IMG/VR virus record: IMGVR_UViG_3300035670_013167
Coordinates: 32,001-96,000 of that record
Reading direction: 5' to 3' (one strand)
Source: a virus
DNA: 64,000 nt
Shown: one piece after another, positions 19,350 through 29,756 of the stretch
Layout: every line of letters begins with the position of its first letter
How positions within the stretch are numbered: position 1 is the stretch's first letter
Notes under the pieces: generated by a model
What the model saw: the letters and a program-made list of their open reading frames with translations, nothing else
What the model was told of the DNA's origin: nothing
Database searches by the model: none
Position numbers and translations under genes: made by a program

Positions 19350-20968
19350 TAATAAGAGTCATAATTTGGAGATCCTATTCCCAAATATTGGTCTCTTTCT
19401 ACAACGTCAATTACATCCTCTCCTAAACACCTATAAATAAGCTCTGTGCCGTCTGCGGTCTTGGTCGATAGGCAGACATCATTTTTCCATAAATACCTCA
19501 GAGATTGAATTACAGGCCTTATATAGGGGTCGTAAAGCGGTCTGCCGTCCGATTTGTGCTCTAAAAATAAAATTCCTTTTCCTTTGTGATTACAATCAGT
19601 TAGATAAATTTCGGGCAATCCGCCATTTGTGTATCTTTGAATTAATTTTTTTTTAATTTTTTTATGATCTCTACTTTCTATTTTATATTCGCCATTCGGA
19701 TATTTTTTCCATTCAAAAAATTGATACTTTTCACAAAATTCAGGAGTAAAAAACTCCATAATAAAAGTCAAATCATTATAGAACTTTCTAACTTCAAAAA
19801 CCTTATCATGACCCAAATTTAATTTTTTATCCCAATTTTCTTTCTCTCTAATATCTTCGCAGTCTTCCCACTCAGTGCCAAATTGTCCTTTATTCCATCT
19901 TTCTTCAATATCCAAAAATAAACAAAAACCTAATTTATAAGGATTCATAGAATATTTTCCACCAAGAACCCCCATTTTATGATGAGAGTATTCTATAATT
20001 CCAGAACTTTCATGACTCTGGCCTAAAGCACTGAATCCTTGTTTTGCCATTATATTATAGTCACAGAAAGAAGCCCAACCCTCATTTATAGTTTTGGTCA
20101 ACCTCTGGGGGGCGAAGTACATACTCTCATCATAAAGCATAGCGACTATGTCTGCTTCCCAAGGCTTGAGGGGAGCATAATCCCTAATAAACCTCATTAT
20201 GTCCTTCGTAGAATTATTAAATATATCTAAATATTCCGCAGCTTCTATTTTTTGAATTTTTTCTTGTTGCTTGTTTATCCAATCTTGTGGATTTAAATAG
20301 TCATCCATATAGTCATGGTCTTCTTTTGACTTTAATCTACTCGGATGTCTATAAATTCTTTCATCCTTTATTATCGGATTTTTAATTTTTTTTCTTTCCC
20401 AAGATTTTGAAAAATCTATTAAAGTTTCAATTCTCAAGACATGATCTATAAATTCTGTTACTCTTTCTTTGCCCCAACGACTCATGTACTCTCTAATTCT
20501 GGTGCCGTGGTTAGCCAATTGATTCATCATGTTTTGGCTTGTTTGAGAAAAATAAATATTATTCTTAAAAAAATCAGCGTGGCCTAAAGCGTGAGCAACC
20601 ACAGTAACATTATCGACCAAAGTATTAGAATCTAAACAATAAAGGTATACTGGGTTTGTGTTAACTACCATTTCGTATATCTTATGCATTCCATAAACAT
20701 ATCCTCTTTGTAGCTCTTCATATTCCATTCCCCATCTCCAATGAGGAAAGCGAACAGGAAACCCTCCATATGCTGCTATCTCACTAATTTCATCATAAGT
20801 CAGCATTTCAACAACAGTTGGATAAAAATCACAACCAAAATCACTTACTTTTTTATAAATTTCAGGCAATAATTTTTTAAGTTCAGGAGGAAGAGAAACT
20901 CCTGGAATTGTGTTGTCTCCCATTAAGACAGGAGACCCATGCATAAATTTTTCAGATTTTTTATTCAA
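19349..20968 (-). CDS. spoVR: SpoVR/YcgB family protein
   Basis: GFPVRFPHWRWG, IYEMVVN, HALGHADFFKNN, TKTINEGWAS, NPYKLG. Confidence 0.95.
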   Translation of the reverse strand: MNKKSEKFMHGSPVLMGDNTIPGVSLPPELKKLLPEIYKKVSDFGCDFYPTVVEMLTYDEISEIAAYGGFPVRFPHWRWGMEYEELQRGYVYGMHKIYEMVVNTNPVYLYCLDSNTLVDNVTVVAHALGHADFFKNNIYFSQTSQNMMNQLANHGTRIREYMSRWGKERVTEFIDHVLRIETLIDFSKSWERKKIKNPIIKDERIYRHPSRLKSKEDHDYMDDYLNPQDWINKQQEKIQKIEAAEYLDIFNNSTKDIMRFIRDYAPLKPWEADIVAMLYDESMYFAPQRLTKTINEGWASFCDYNIMAKQGFSALGQSHESSGIIEYSHHKMGVLGGKYSMNPYKLGFCLFLDIEERWNKGQFGTEWEDCEDIREKENWDKKLNLGHDKVFEVRKFYNDLTFIMEFFTPEFCEKYQFFEWKKYPNGEYKIESRDHKKIKKKLIQRYTNGGLPEIYLTDCNHKGKGILFLEHKSDGRPLYDPYIRPVIQSLRYLWKNDVCLSTKTADGTELIYRCLGEDVIDVVERDQYLGIGSPNYDSY

Positions 20969-22146
20969 GATTTTACCTTTCCTAAAAGATCAACTATTGA
21001 TTTCTTAATTTGAGAATCTCTATCGTCCTCTGACAATTGCATGTTTGGCAAACTATGTGCTGGATGTGCTATTTGAGTTGTAACCAAATTTGAAAAATTA
21101 CTTTGATCTATAGCTTGCTTTAAGCTTCCATCGTAGTTCCAAGCTAATACTTGTGTTATTCCCACCATGTTGACAATTTTAGAATTAAAATCATCTTGTA
21201 AAATTTTTATAAATTGCTGATTGTCCCCGTCCCAATTTTCACCATCTGTAAAATAAAATAAATAAATATTCCACTTTAAGGGATTGTATCTGTTTTCAAA
21301 CATTTTTTGAATTAATTTTAGTGCTGACGAACAAGTTGTGCCTCCGCCATATCTGTACTTGTAGAATCTGCTTTCATCGACTTCTTTGGCAACGGTATCA
21401 TGCCAAACATACACTCGCTCTACTTTTTCATAAAATCTTCTAATCCATACATCAATCCACCAACTCATATCACTAACAATATCGCATTTATATTGATCCA
21501 TTGAGGCAGATCCATCTCTAGCAAAAAATATAACTGCATTGCTTGAAGGTATTTTTATCTCATTGAATTGACGGTATCTCTTATCGCTATTAATAGGAGT
21601 TATAAGTTTTACTGGATGAGCAAATCCTGGTATGTCGTGGAGATTATTTATGGAACCATCAGAACATTGTCTTTTTAAGGCTTGCCTAAGAGTTCTTGCA
21701 TTGTGCCTTAAGGACTCAGGGCCAGTCAGCGATATATTATTATATTTCTTAATAATTTCTTCATAAGTGTCACTAGGCTTTGGCTTCATGTCGGGAAGTT
21801 GCAATTCTTCTTGAAGAAATTTCAAAACCTCTTCAAGATCAACAGCAATCTCTATGCCTTCGCCTTCTTCTTGTCCGGCTTTATTGCCTTTTCCGTCTCC
21901 TTGATCTTTATCTTTTCCTATGACCTTACCATTTTCTCCTTCTCCTCTTCCTATTCCTCCGCTTCCATTATCACCAAAAACAATATGCGGAATATCTATT
22001 TTTGGAATAGTTAATATAACTTTACCATCTTTACCGCGATTCCTAAAAATACTTCCATTTTTAATGTATTTTTTTAATTCTTTTCTTTTTCTGCCGGCAT
22101 ATACGTCATGGAACTCTTTATGGTCTTCATGTATTCGGCGGGGCAT
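20965..22146 (-). CDS. yeaH: YeaH/YhbH (DUF444) vWA-like protein
   Basis: DGSASM, GGGTTCSS, WNIYLFYFTDGENW. Confidence 0.92.
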   Translation of the reverse strand: MPRRIHEDHKEFHDVYAGRKRKELKKYIKNGSIFRNRGKDGKVILTIPKIDIPHIVFGDNGSGGIGRGEGENGKVIGKDKDQGDGKGNKAGQEEGEGIEIAVDLEEVLKFLQEELQLPDMKPKPSDTYEEIIKKYNNISLTGPESLRHNARTLRQALKRQCSDGSINNLHDIPGFAHPVKLITPINSDKRYRQFNEIKIPSSNAVIFFARDGSASMDQYKCDIVSDMSWWIDVWIRRFYEKVERVYVWHDTVAKEVDESRFYKYRYGGGTTCSSALKLIQKMFENRYNPLKWNIYLFYFTDGENWDGDNQQFIKILQDDFNSKIVNMVGITQVLAWNYDGSLKQAIDQSNFSNLVTTQIAHPAHSLPNMQLSEDDRDSQIKKSIVDLLGKVKS

Positions 22147-22160
22147 TTTTCATCCTTTGA

Positions 22161-25100
22161 TTAGTCGTTATCAGCAACATCGCCGCGAGCGAAAATTGAA
22201 CCCACGTAGTCCAAAACATCAGTAGCAGATTGTTCGTTATATCCGTATTGAGATATAAGTCTTTGCTTTACTGCGTCTATCTTTTCTTGAACATCCTTAT
22301 CAACAACAGCAGCTCCCTTAATATTTAGAGCCGAAAGCTTGATGTGATCCTTTGTGTCTTCAAAAAGCTTAGCTTCTAAAGCTTTCTTGAGTTGAGGATT
22401 GCTATCCCATCTAAATTGCTTTCCACTATGGGCCAAGTGCCCAATAAATCCTGCTAAAGATCTTCTAAAATCATCTGCTCCGACTTCGGGAATATCTATC
22501 TTCTCTTCTATAGATCTCATTAATCTTTCGTCTGGCTCTTGGTCTTGTTCTGTGAATGGATTTTTAATCTTAGTGCCATCAATATAAGCCATCACATTAT
22601 CAATATAATTGCCACATAGCCTTTCGATAGCAGTTTCATCTCCTACAAGAGCCTTTTGAACTTCTGTTTTCAATATTTGATCCAGTTCTTTTCTAGCCAA
22701 GTCTACACACGTAATATATTTAGACTTTTCTTCTTCACTAGTAAATAAAGATTGATGATCTATTCCATTTTTCAATTCATTTAGAACCATAAAGAAATTT
22801 ATATAATCATAATGAGAACTAAGACAATTAGAAATTTTGTCTTGAGTATATCTACAACTTACTCCCACAAACATGCCTTCATCGGGATATTTATCCTTGA
22901 GTTCTTTTATAGAGTCTTCAGTCCAACCAGGAAGAGATCTTCCATCATATAATTTAGCTTTCTCAACTAGAGTTATTTTGCCATCTTTATCATCTTGAAG
23001 TCTGGTTAAGACTGTCCAGAGAGCAGCAATTTCCAAGGTATGGGGAGCAATGTGCTGCTTTACTCTTCCTCTACCGTAGTAGTACTCTAGTATCTTAAGT
23101 TCTTCGCTCCATCTTAATAAGTACGGAACATCAATCTTCACAGTACGATCTCTCAAAGCTTCCATAGTCTGATCGCTTTTTAACTTTTCATACTCTGGAT
23201 TATTGGTGTGAGAAATTAAAACAGTGTCTATGCTAATTTGTGGAAATTTTTTAGGCTTGATTTGACGTTCCTGAGATGCTCCAAGCAAATCATATAAAAA
23301 TTCTTTAGCCAACTTTAGAACTTCGATAAATTCAACAACGCCTCTATTTCCAACACAGTTGTGAACAACTATATCATTTGCCAAAAACGAATGATCTTCT
23401 TCTACCTCAAAATCAAAAACCTGTAGGTCAGAAACATTGTTGAAAGAAATAGATTTAATTTTTCTTGCATATCCAAAAACAGTTCTGTTGACATCTGTCT
23501 CGTATAATTCAATTCCATTTTGCCTAACTTCTTCGGCAAAGTCTTCAAAAATGTCTAAGGACTTTTTGCCTGACGCTCCTACAACATATGCTTTTTTATG
23601 GTTTTCAAAAGCAGGCCTGGCATAGGACGATGATCCCATGCCGCTGGACAGCATAAGAACAGAAATATCTCTGGCTAATTTTTCTGATATTGTTACGCCC
23701 GTTATTGACATTGCGGGCTTACCTTTAATTTTTTTAATTTTTCTGTGGCCGTCTCCATCAAGCCACCCAGATATCAATCCCATCTTAACTGACTCGTTTG
23801 AGGTCATAAATACAGGAGGTATTCTTTTTGTTCCGGCCAAACCCGCACAAAACTTAGAGAAAAATTTGGCTAAATTAACATTGTTGACCTCGACTATTCT
23901 TCCTGTTTTATTTTTATTAACTAACCTATGAGTGGCATTTACTCCGAAAATACTATTGACCAATAGTATTATTTCATTAGCTAAATTTTCTTCTTTAGCG
24001 CTCAGATTAAAAATAACCTTTTTACTAGTGCAATTTCCTTCTGCTAAATATAGGCCAAATAACCTGGCAAAGGAGTGTGTTACGTGCAAATATCTATTGA
24101 CTACATTTTTCTTTTCTCCAGTTGGGATTCTAACTTTTTCCACGCCATTTTCAAATGTAGAAACAAAATTATCCAAATAAATAGATAAATCAACAACTTG
24201 ATCAATACAATTTCTATTCCAGCCTATTAACACCCTGTCGTTTTCGTTCAAATCAGAAGCTTTTTTCCAAACTAAATTGCCGGGCTTCCATCTCCAATTT
24301 TGACTACTTTCCATAACCGCAACAGGATGATCTGCGGTCATTGTAATTGGAAAAGGAAAATGAGAAACATTCAAAGTAACCATTTCCCCAGTATACTTTC
24401 TATTCATCGTATCGATAACAGACCTTACATTGCCAAGATGAGTAACAACTTCATCTCCAATTTTTACATCTTCTATGTTTTTTTCAGACCCATCTCCCAT
24501 GCGAACCAAAGTTCCAGCAGGAAAACAAAACTCGCCGTCAAAGTTAAATGCTCTTGAATCAGAATCGGTGCCAAAGTGGGTCAACTTGCCCCAATTAACA
24601 TCTCCAGTTAATTCTGTGCTGTCTTGATTTTTTTCATCCTTTGGCTGGAAGGTGGCTATTCCCATTCTATCTGATTCCGAATGGTTTTTTCTTATTACTC
24701 TTATGTGATTCTCTATAACTTTTTCCCAATCGCCTTCGTACTTAACCAATAGTTCTTTCATGAACTTTTTAGATCTCGGATCAAGGTCTCCCTCAACATT
24801 TAATTTATACAAATTTATTTTTTCTTTTTCATCCGTTTGATCTGCCAATATTTCATTAAGTTCTTTTAGAACTTCTTTTCTAATTTCAGAAGGTATTAGC
24901 TTTAGTGGATCTTCGTGCATTGGAGATTCGTCTTCTGGCTGCGTGTATAGGCCATCGTCTTTGCCAGTTGGCAAATTAACCCATTTAAATGTGTACCAAG
25001 CTCCATCATCAGTTAGAGAATACTTTTCCAAGCCTCTCTTGATACACCTTAATATTGTTGATTTAGAAGATCCAACAGGACCGTGCAAAAGAAGCACTCG

Positions 25101-25412
25101 ACGTTCAGGACCATATCCTCCTGCTGCTCCTTTGAAGAATTGAACGAGTTGATGCAACGTTTCTTCTAGACCAAAGATGGGAACTTCAGGATCATCAAAA
25201 AAACTATAGTGAACGTATGTTTTTCTATACTTCTCTACTTTTTTCGTACCTTTTGACATGATCATGTCATAAAGATATTGATAAGCAGTTCTTGCTAATT
25301 TAGGATTTTTATAAACTAATGACAAATAATCAGAAAAACTCATTTCCTCGTTTAGTTTTTGAAAATTATCTTTATTAAATTTATTAGCAATTTTTGATAA
25401 GACGTTTTCCAT
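22161..25412 (-). CDS. prkA: PrkA/YeaG AAA+ protein (serine kinase family), intein-containing
   Basis: LHGPVGSSKS, PMHEDPL, FQPKDEKNQD, NRGVVEF, EALRDR. Confidence 0.95.
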   Translation of the reverse strand: MENVLSKIANKFNKDNFQKLNEEMSFSDYLSLVYKNPKLARTAYQYLYDMIMSKGTKKVEKYRKTYVHYSFFDDPEVPIFGLEETLHQLVQFFKGAAGGYGPERRVLLLHGPVGSSKSTILRCIKRGLEKYSLTDDGAWYTFKWVNLPTGKDDGLYTQPEDESPMHEDPLKLIPSEIRKEVLKELNEILADQTDEKEKINLYKLNVEGDLDPRSKKFMKELLVKYEGDWEKVIENHIRVIRKNHSESDRMGIATFQPKDEKNQDSTELTGDVNWGKLTHFGTDSDSRAFNFDGEFCFPAGTLVRMGDGSEKNIEDVKIGDEVVTHLGNVRSVIDTMNRKYTGEMVTLNVSHFPFPITMTADHPVAVMESSQNWRWKPGNLVWKKASDLNENDRVLIGWNRNCIDQVVDLSIYLDNFVSTFENGVEKVRIPTGEKKNVVNRYLHVTHSFARLFGLYLAEGNCTSKKVIFNLSAKEENLANEIILLVNSIFGVNATHRLVNKNKTGRIVEVNNVNLAKFFSKFCAGLAGTKRIPPVFMTSNESVKMGLISGWLDGDGHRKIKKIKGKPAMSITGVTISEKLARDISVLMLSSGMGSSSYARPAFENHKKAYVVGASGKKSLDIFEDFAEEVRQNGIELYETDVNRTVFGYARKIKSISFNNVSDLQVFDFEVEEDHSFLANDIVVHNCVGNRGVVEFIEVLKLAKEFLYDLLGASQERQIKPKKFPQISIDTVLISHTNNPEYEKLKSDQTMEALRDRTVKIDVPYLLRWSEELKILEYYYGRGRVKQHIAPHTLEIAALWTVLTRLQDDKDGKITLVEKAKLYDGRSLPGWTEDSIKELKDKYPDEGMFVGVSCRYTQDKISNCLSSHYDYINFFMVLNELKNGIDHQSLFTSEEEKSKYITCVDLARKELDQILKTEVQKALVGDETAIERLCGNYIDNVMAYIDGTKIKNPFTEQDQEPDERLMRSIEEKIDIPEVGADDFRRSLAGFIGHLAHSGKQFRWDSNPQLKKALEAKLFEDTKDHIKLSALNIKGAAVVDKDVQEKIDAVKQRLISQYGYNEQSATDVLDYVGSIFARGDVADND
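23358..24527 (-). mobile_element. Intein with LAGLIDADG endonuclease in PrkA (390 aa)
   Basis: DGEF|CFPAGT, TADHP, LFGLYLAEG / ISGWLDGDG, VVHN|CVGNRG. Confidence 0.93.
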
Positions 25413-25449
25413 AAAAGCTTCCTTTTAATATTTAAATTAACCTGTGTTT

Positions 25450-25478
25450 ATTATAATAGAAAATCAAAACCATAGCAA
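25450..25478 (-). promoter_or_regulatory. Sigma70-type promoter for prkA cluster
   Basis: TTGCTA-17-TATAAT. Confidence 0.6.
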
Positions 25479-25480
25479 TA

Positions 25481-25831
25481 TCATTTTACTTCGCCAAAAT
25501 ACTTTCCGCTAGAAATATCATCAATTTGCCTATAGGGAGTTTTGCCCATATGAGATTTTTTTTCAGCGTTTTTTCTTTGATCTCTAACTCCACCAGGCCT
25601 ATCCATATTCCATTTATGTCTATAATCATGACCTTTAGAGTCACTATGCCAACGATCTGTCCCAACTGGATTCGTAAATTTGACAGAAGGGCATCCTATT
25701 AATTCACATATTTTTTTTGACTTGCATTTTGGACACTTGCTCTTTTTTACAACAATTTCTTTTTCGGACATCGAAGCCCAAATGTCGAAATTTTCTTTGC
25801 ATTTTTCGCATTCAAATTCATATCTTGGAAT
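25481..25831 (-). CDS. FmdB-like zinc-ribbon protein, probable ATT start
   Basis: SD GAGGTG then ATT-CCA-AGA-TAT-GAA-TTT-GAA-TGC: (M)PRYEFECEKC...CPKC. Confidence 0.7.
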   Translation of the reverse strand: MPRYEFECEKCKENFDIWASMSEKEIVVKKSKCPKCKSKKICELIGCPSVKFTNPVGTDRWHSDSKGHDYRHKWNMDRPGGVRDQRKNAEKKSHMGKTPYRQIDDISSGKYFGEVK

Positions 25832-26111
25832 AACGCACCTCTTTCTTTTGTATTTATAATAGTTTATTCTTCGTCTATTCCATCAACTAATTTTTCAAGA
25901 AAAGAATAAGTTTTTTTAATTAATTTTATTTTTTTTTCTATGCTATAAAACTTCCAAAAAAAAGAATTTTCACAAATTTTAATTGCAGAACCAATTAGGT
26001 TTTCATTTTCAAGCGGAAACTGTGCCATAGAAAAAAAATCAGGCCCTTGAATGAACTTTTCTTCATCTTCGTAATCTTCGTTCTCTTCGTCTTCTCCAAA
26101 ATTAAATCTTT

Positions 26112-26600
26112 TCAAAAGGACCCTCCTACTAGTTGTTTGTATAAAGGACAAGCTTGCTCCCATATATTTAATACAGCATATTCATTAATTGTTAAATCAT
26201 ATGTAGAAAATCTTTTTAAGGCGTTTTCAAAAGGCGGCTTCTTAATGTTTGCCCATTTATATAGTTCAAAAGAGCCACATCCGTATCTATAATCCACAAA
26301 AACAGAAGAAATATTTGTTTTTGAGGAAACGACATCTAATAAATTTCCATTAAATTCACGAACAGCCACTACTGATGGCTTTATTTTTTTTATAAAATTG
26401 TTCTTAACTTTAGTTTTCTTTCTAAGAAATCTTACTCGTGCTTTATTCGCCCAATCAAACAAAAAAGAATTGCCAACAGATATAAAAATATCTGCATTGG
26501 GGAGTTGTTTTTGCAAAGAGTACCAAGAAGCAAAACACATCCAAGAATCACAAAAATTAGAATCGCATTCTATAATTATAGACAGATCTTTGTCTTCCAT
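26112..26600 (-). CDS. Hypothetical protein
   Basis: 162-aa ORF. Confidence 0.55.
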   Translation of the reverse strand: MEDKDLSIIIECDSNFCDSWMCFASWYSLQKQLPNADIFISVGNSFLFDWANKARVRFLRKKTKVKNNFIKKIKPSVVAVREFNGNLLDVVSSKTNISSVFVDYRYGCGSFELYKWANIKKPPFENALKRFSTYDLTINEYAVLNIWEQACPLYKQLVGGSF

Positions 26601-26612
26601 AACATAAAATAG

Positions 26613-26744
26613 TCAAACTGTTCTTTTAATTAATTTGATTTGAGGTTTTGCTGGCTTAAACATTCCTCTGGGGTGAATAATATTAGGTTTTGCACCAGAT
26701 CCTTTTCCACCTTCTCTTATTAATAACCATTCACTAAATTTCAT
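26613..26744 (-). CDS. Small protein not in ORF track (MKFSEWLLIREG...)
   Basis: ATGA overlap with upstream stop; shared N-terminal motif. Confidence 0.55.
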   Translation of the reverse strand: MKFSEWLLIREGGKGSGAKPNIIHPRGMFKPAKPQIKLIKRTV

Positions 26745-27031
26745 ATTTTTTTATTATTCATTAATTTTTCTTTATTTTTTTGATCTACTTTATCTGCCAC
26801 GTCTTTTATTTTTAGTATGTCGTCCGGCGAAGAATTTGGATCCATAACGGCTTGCTGAGCTACGTTTTGAAGAGCTTTAGCAGGATCTTGTTTTTGCTTC
26901 ATAGCTCCAACCAAAGCATTTTTAACATTCATTTGAATTTTTTTCTCATCATCCTTCTTTTTTACATTATTCAAATTATTAGAAGGTTGAATTTCTTCTT
27001 TTATTTTAAGCCATTCTGTAAATTTAATCAT
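26741..27031 (-). CDS. Hypothetical protein (MIKFTEWLKIKEE)
   Basis: CATAAATA box 4 nt upstream; shared N-terminal motif. Confidence 0.6.
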   Translation of the reverse strand: MIKFTEWLKIKEEIQPSNNLNNVKKKDDEKKIQMNVKNALVGAMKQKQDPAKALQNVAQQAVMDPNSSPDDILKIKDVADKVDQKNKEKLMNNKKI

Positions 27032-27038
27032 ATAATAT

Positions 27039-28361
27039 TTATGCTTTATCTTCATTTTTTATTTTAGATATAATTGAAGAAGTAGAATAACCAGGCTCAT
27101 TTGGAATAATTACTACTTCTGCCAAATCTTTTCCAACCACATCGTTCACAGAGTAATCAGAACCCTTTACAATAATATCCGGTTTTATTTTATTAATTAA
27201 TTCATAAGGAGTATCTTCTTCAAAGATAATCACTTCGTCAACAAACCTTAAAGATTCAAGCATTTTTTTTCTTATATCTTGATTATTTACAGGCCTGTCT
27301 TTACCCTTTAATTTTCTTGTAGATTCATCTGAATTTATGCCAACTATTAATTTATTGCCTAATTCTTTAGATTTACTCAAACTTTCCAAATGCCCAGAAT
27401 GCAATAAATCAAACACGCCTGACGTGAAAATAACCTTGTTAAACAAATTATTTGGTTCTATTGGTTTATTAAATTTATTCTTAACATAAATTGAAGCTCC
27501 ATCAAAAGCAATTTCTATTGATTTGTTTATAGAAAAGTCACTAAGTAATCCAGAGCACAATAAAGAAATAAAACAATCACCGGCTCCTATAACAGAAACA
27601 GCCTTTGTAGAGCTTTTTGGAAAAAATTCAAAATAATTATTTTCTACACAACCAACAACTCCTTTTCCTTCTATAGTTATCACTATAATTTCACAATCAG
27701 TATCTTTCTTTATAACTTCTATCTGGTCTTTCCAGTGTTCTTTACCAGTTAGTTCAAAAGCTTCTTTGTAATTAGGCTTTATTAAATCACACCCTCGCCA
27801 TTTAGAAATTGGACCCTTTTTTGGATCCACTATCTTGAATGCATTTTGCAGAGAATCAAACATTTTTTTTATTTCAAAATCATTAAAAATTCCCTTATTG
27901 TAATCCGAAAAAATTACAGCGTCGAATTTGTAAACTTCTAAATTCTTAGAAATCTTATTTTGAAAAAAATTCAATTGACTTTTTGTCAAATTATAATTTT
28001 TAGATTCGACATCAATTCTACACAAAGGAAAATCATTTTGATAAAATCTTTTTTTTCTAGGAACTTTAGAAAAATAAGGAAGCAAAACACTAAATTCTGT
28101 GTTTATGAAACTAAATTCAGACAACAAATCATAAATTTCTAAATCTAAAAATCCAAAATAAAATATTTCTTTGTTAAAATTTAAAAATTGATAACAAACA
28201 TTTGTAGCGCCACCTAATAATCTTTTATCAGGAAAGTAATTTTCGCAATTTAGAATTGGTATAGGAAATTCAGGACTAATTTTTTCTGCATTTACAAAAT
28301 GATAATCATCTATTATTGCATCGCCAACAACTGCTATTTTCTTATTTTGTAAATTAAACAT
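27039..28361 (-). CDS. hldE: HldE/RfaE-like bifunctional sugar kinase / nucleotidyltransferase
   Basis: PfkB motifs GGATNV, SDYNKG, VDPK, GAGD; GVFDLLHSGH, KGSDY. Confidence 0.88.
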   Translation of the reverse strand: MFNLQNKKIAVVGDAIIDDYHFVNAEKISPEFPIPILNCENYFPDKRLLGGATNVCYQFLNFNKEIFYFGFLDLEIYDLLSEFSFINTEFSVLLPYFSKVPRKKRFYQNDFPLCRIDVESKNYNLTKSQLNFFQNKISKNLEVYKFDAVIFSDYNKGIFNDFEIKKMFDSLQNAFKIVDPKKGPISKWRGCDLIKPNYKEAFELTGKEHWKDQIEVIKKDTDCEIIVITIEGKGVVGCVENNYFEFFPKSSTKAVSVIGAGDCFISLLCSGLLSDFSINKSIEIAFDGASIYVKNKFNKPIEPNNLFNKVIFTSGVFDLLHSGHLESLSKSKELGNKLIVGINSDESTRKLKGKDRPVNNQDIRKKMLESLRFVDEVIIFEEDTPYELINKIKPDIIVKGSDYSVNDVVGKDLAEVVIIPNEPGYSTSSIISKIKNEDKA

Positions 28362-28887
28362 GAATATATTTTATAATTCTAAATTTAGACGAATCAATCA
28401 ATACAGAATCAACTTTCCAATCAGACCAATTTGCATTTGGAAACTTAACATCGCCCTCGTATTCTCCTTGGACATGAGTGACAATCATTGTTTTTACAAA
28501 TTTAGAATCTAAGCTTTCTTTAAATAATCTATATCCGCCTATTATAAATATTTGTTTATCGGCAAATAAATTTAAACAAATATTCATTGCTCCATCAAAA
28601 TCAGGAACCACAAAAAAATCCAAAGAATTAGAATGACCATCTACTAAAGTCTTCATAAAAAGATCAGGATCGGCCCAATACTTTGAAGAAATTATTATAT
28701 TTTTTCTATTTGGAAGAGGCCTAAATTTATTTGGCAAACTTTCCCAAGTATTTCTGCCCATAACACAGATGTTATTGGTAGTTAGTTTCTTAAAATTAGC
28801 CAAATCATCTGGTATGTGCCAAGGTATAGAATTTTTATATCCTATATTATAATTTTTATCGAATGCTACAATTATGTTTGCTATCAT
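28354..28887 (-). CDS. folA: Dihydrofolate reductase
   Basis: IPWHIPDDL..F, MGRNTWES, RPLPNRKN, IIGG, GDVKFP. Confidence 0.93.
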   Translation of the reverse strand: MIANIIVAFDKNYNIGYKNSIPWHIPDDLANFKKLTTNNICVMGRNTWESLPNKFRPLPNRKNIIISSKYWADPDLFMKTLVDGHSNSLDFFVVPDFDGAMNICLNLFADKQIFIIGGYRLFKESLDSKFVKTMIVTHVQGEYEGDVKFPNANWSDWKVDSVLIDSSKFRIIKYIHV

Positions 28888-29756
28888 ACAGCTACGGGTA
28901 TATTTATTTTTTCTAATGGATTGTATTCTGATAAAATAAAATCATCAATATTATAAGAAAAAATATCTTTTGATTTTTTTATCAATAGTTTGGGAGAATC
29001 GGGTGGATTTTCTCTAGAGAGGTACTCTTCAACAGACTTGATTTGATTTTCATAAATATGGCAATCCCCCATAAAATGAATAAATTCAAAAGGAGTGCAA
29101 TTAGTTTGTTGAGCGAGCATAATGATTAAAGAACTATAAAACTGTATATTGGCCGGACATCCTATAGGAGCGTCTACAGATCTCTGGTAAAGAATTCCAG
29201 AAAGATTCCTATTGTCATCAACAAGAACTTGAAAAAGCATATGACAAGGAGGCAAACGCATTTTCTCTAAATCTTTTGGATTCCATAAAGTCCAAAGAGT
29301 TCTCCGGCAAGAATGATCTTGTTTTATTCTTTCTACTACGAATCTTAACTGATCAAAACCGCCGTGGCCATAATAAGGACTTTGATGAATTCCCTTGTTA
29401 TAATTTCCGCCAAAATGTCTCAGTTGAAAACCATAAACGGGACCGAAAACCTCTTCTTCAAAACCATGATTTTTTTCAAATTCTTTATCAACCCAAGGAG
29501 TCCAAAAATTACAGCCTATTTTTTTCAAGTCTTTATTAGAAGTTGATCCAGACAAAAACCAAATCAATTCTGCGAAGACTGACTTGGGCCAAACTTTTCT
29601 TTTAGTTATTATTGGAAAATAACCTGTATTCAGCTTATATCTAGCTGACATTCCAAATACAGATAATGTTTTTATATTCGTTCTCTTGTTTGTCCTAGAA
29701 ACTCCATGATCCAATATTTCTTGAAGACAATTATCGTAAGGATGACAAATATACAT
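28884..29756 (-). CDS. thyA: Thymidylate synthase
   Basis: GPVYGFQLR, SCRR, LPPCH, YQRSVD, HIYENQ. Confidence 0.96.
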   Translation of the reverse strand: MYICHPYDNCLQEILDHGVSRTNKRTNIKTLSVFGMSARYKLNTGYFPIITKRKVWPKSVFAELIWFLSGSTSNKDLKKIGCNFWTPWVDKEFEKNHGFEEEVFGPVYGFQLRHFGGNYNKGIHQSPYYGHGGFDQLRFVVERIKQDHSCRRTLWTLWNPKDLEKMRLPPCHMLFQVLVDDNRNLSGILYQRSVDAPIGCPANIQFYSSLIIMLAQQTNCTPFEFIHFMGDCHIYENQIKSVEEYLSRENPPDSPKLLIKKSKDIFSYNIDDFILSEYNPLEKINIPVAV

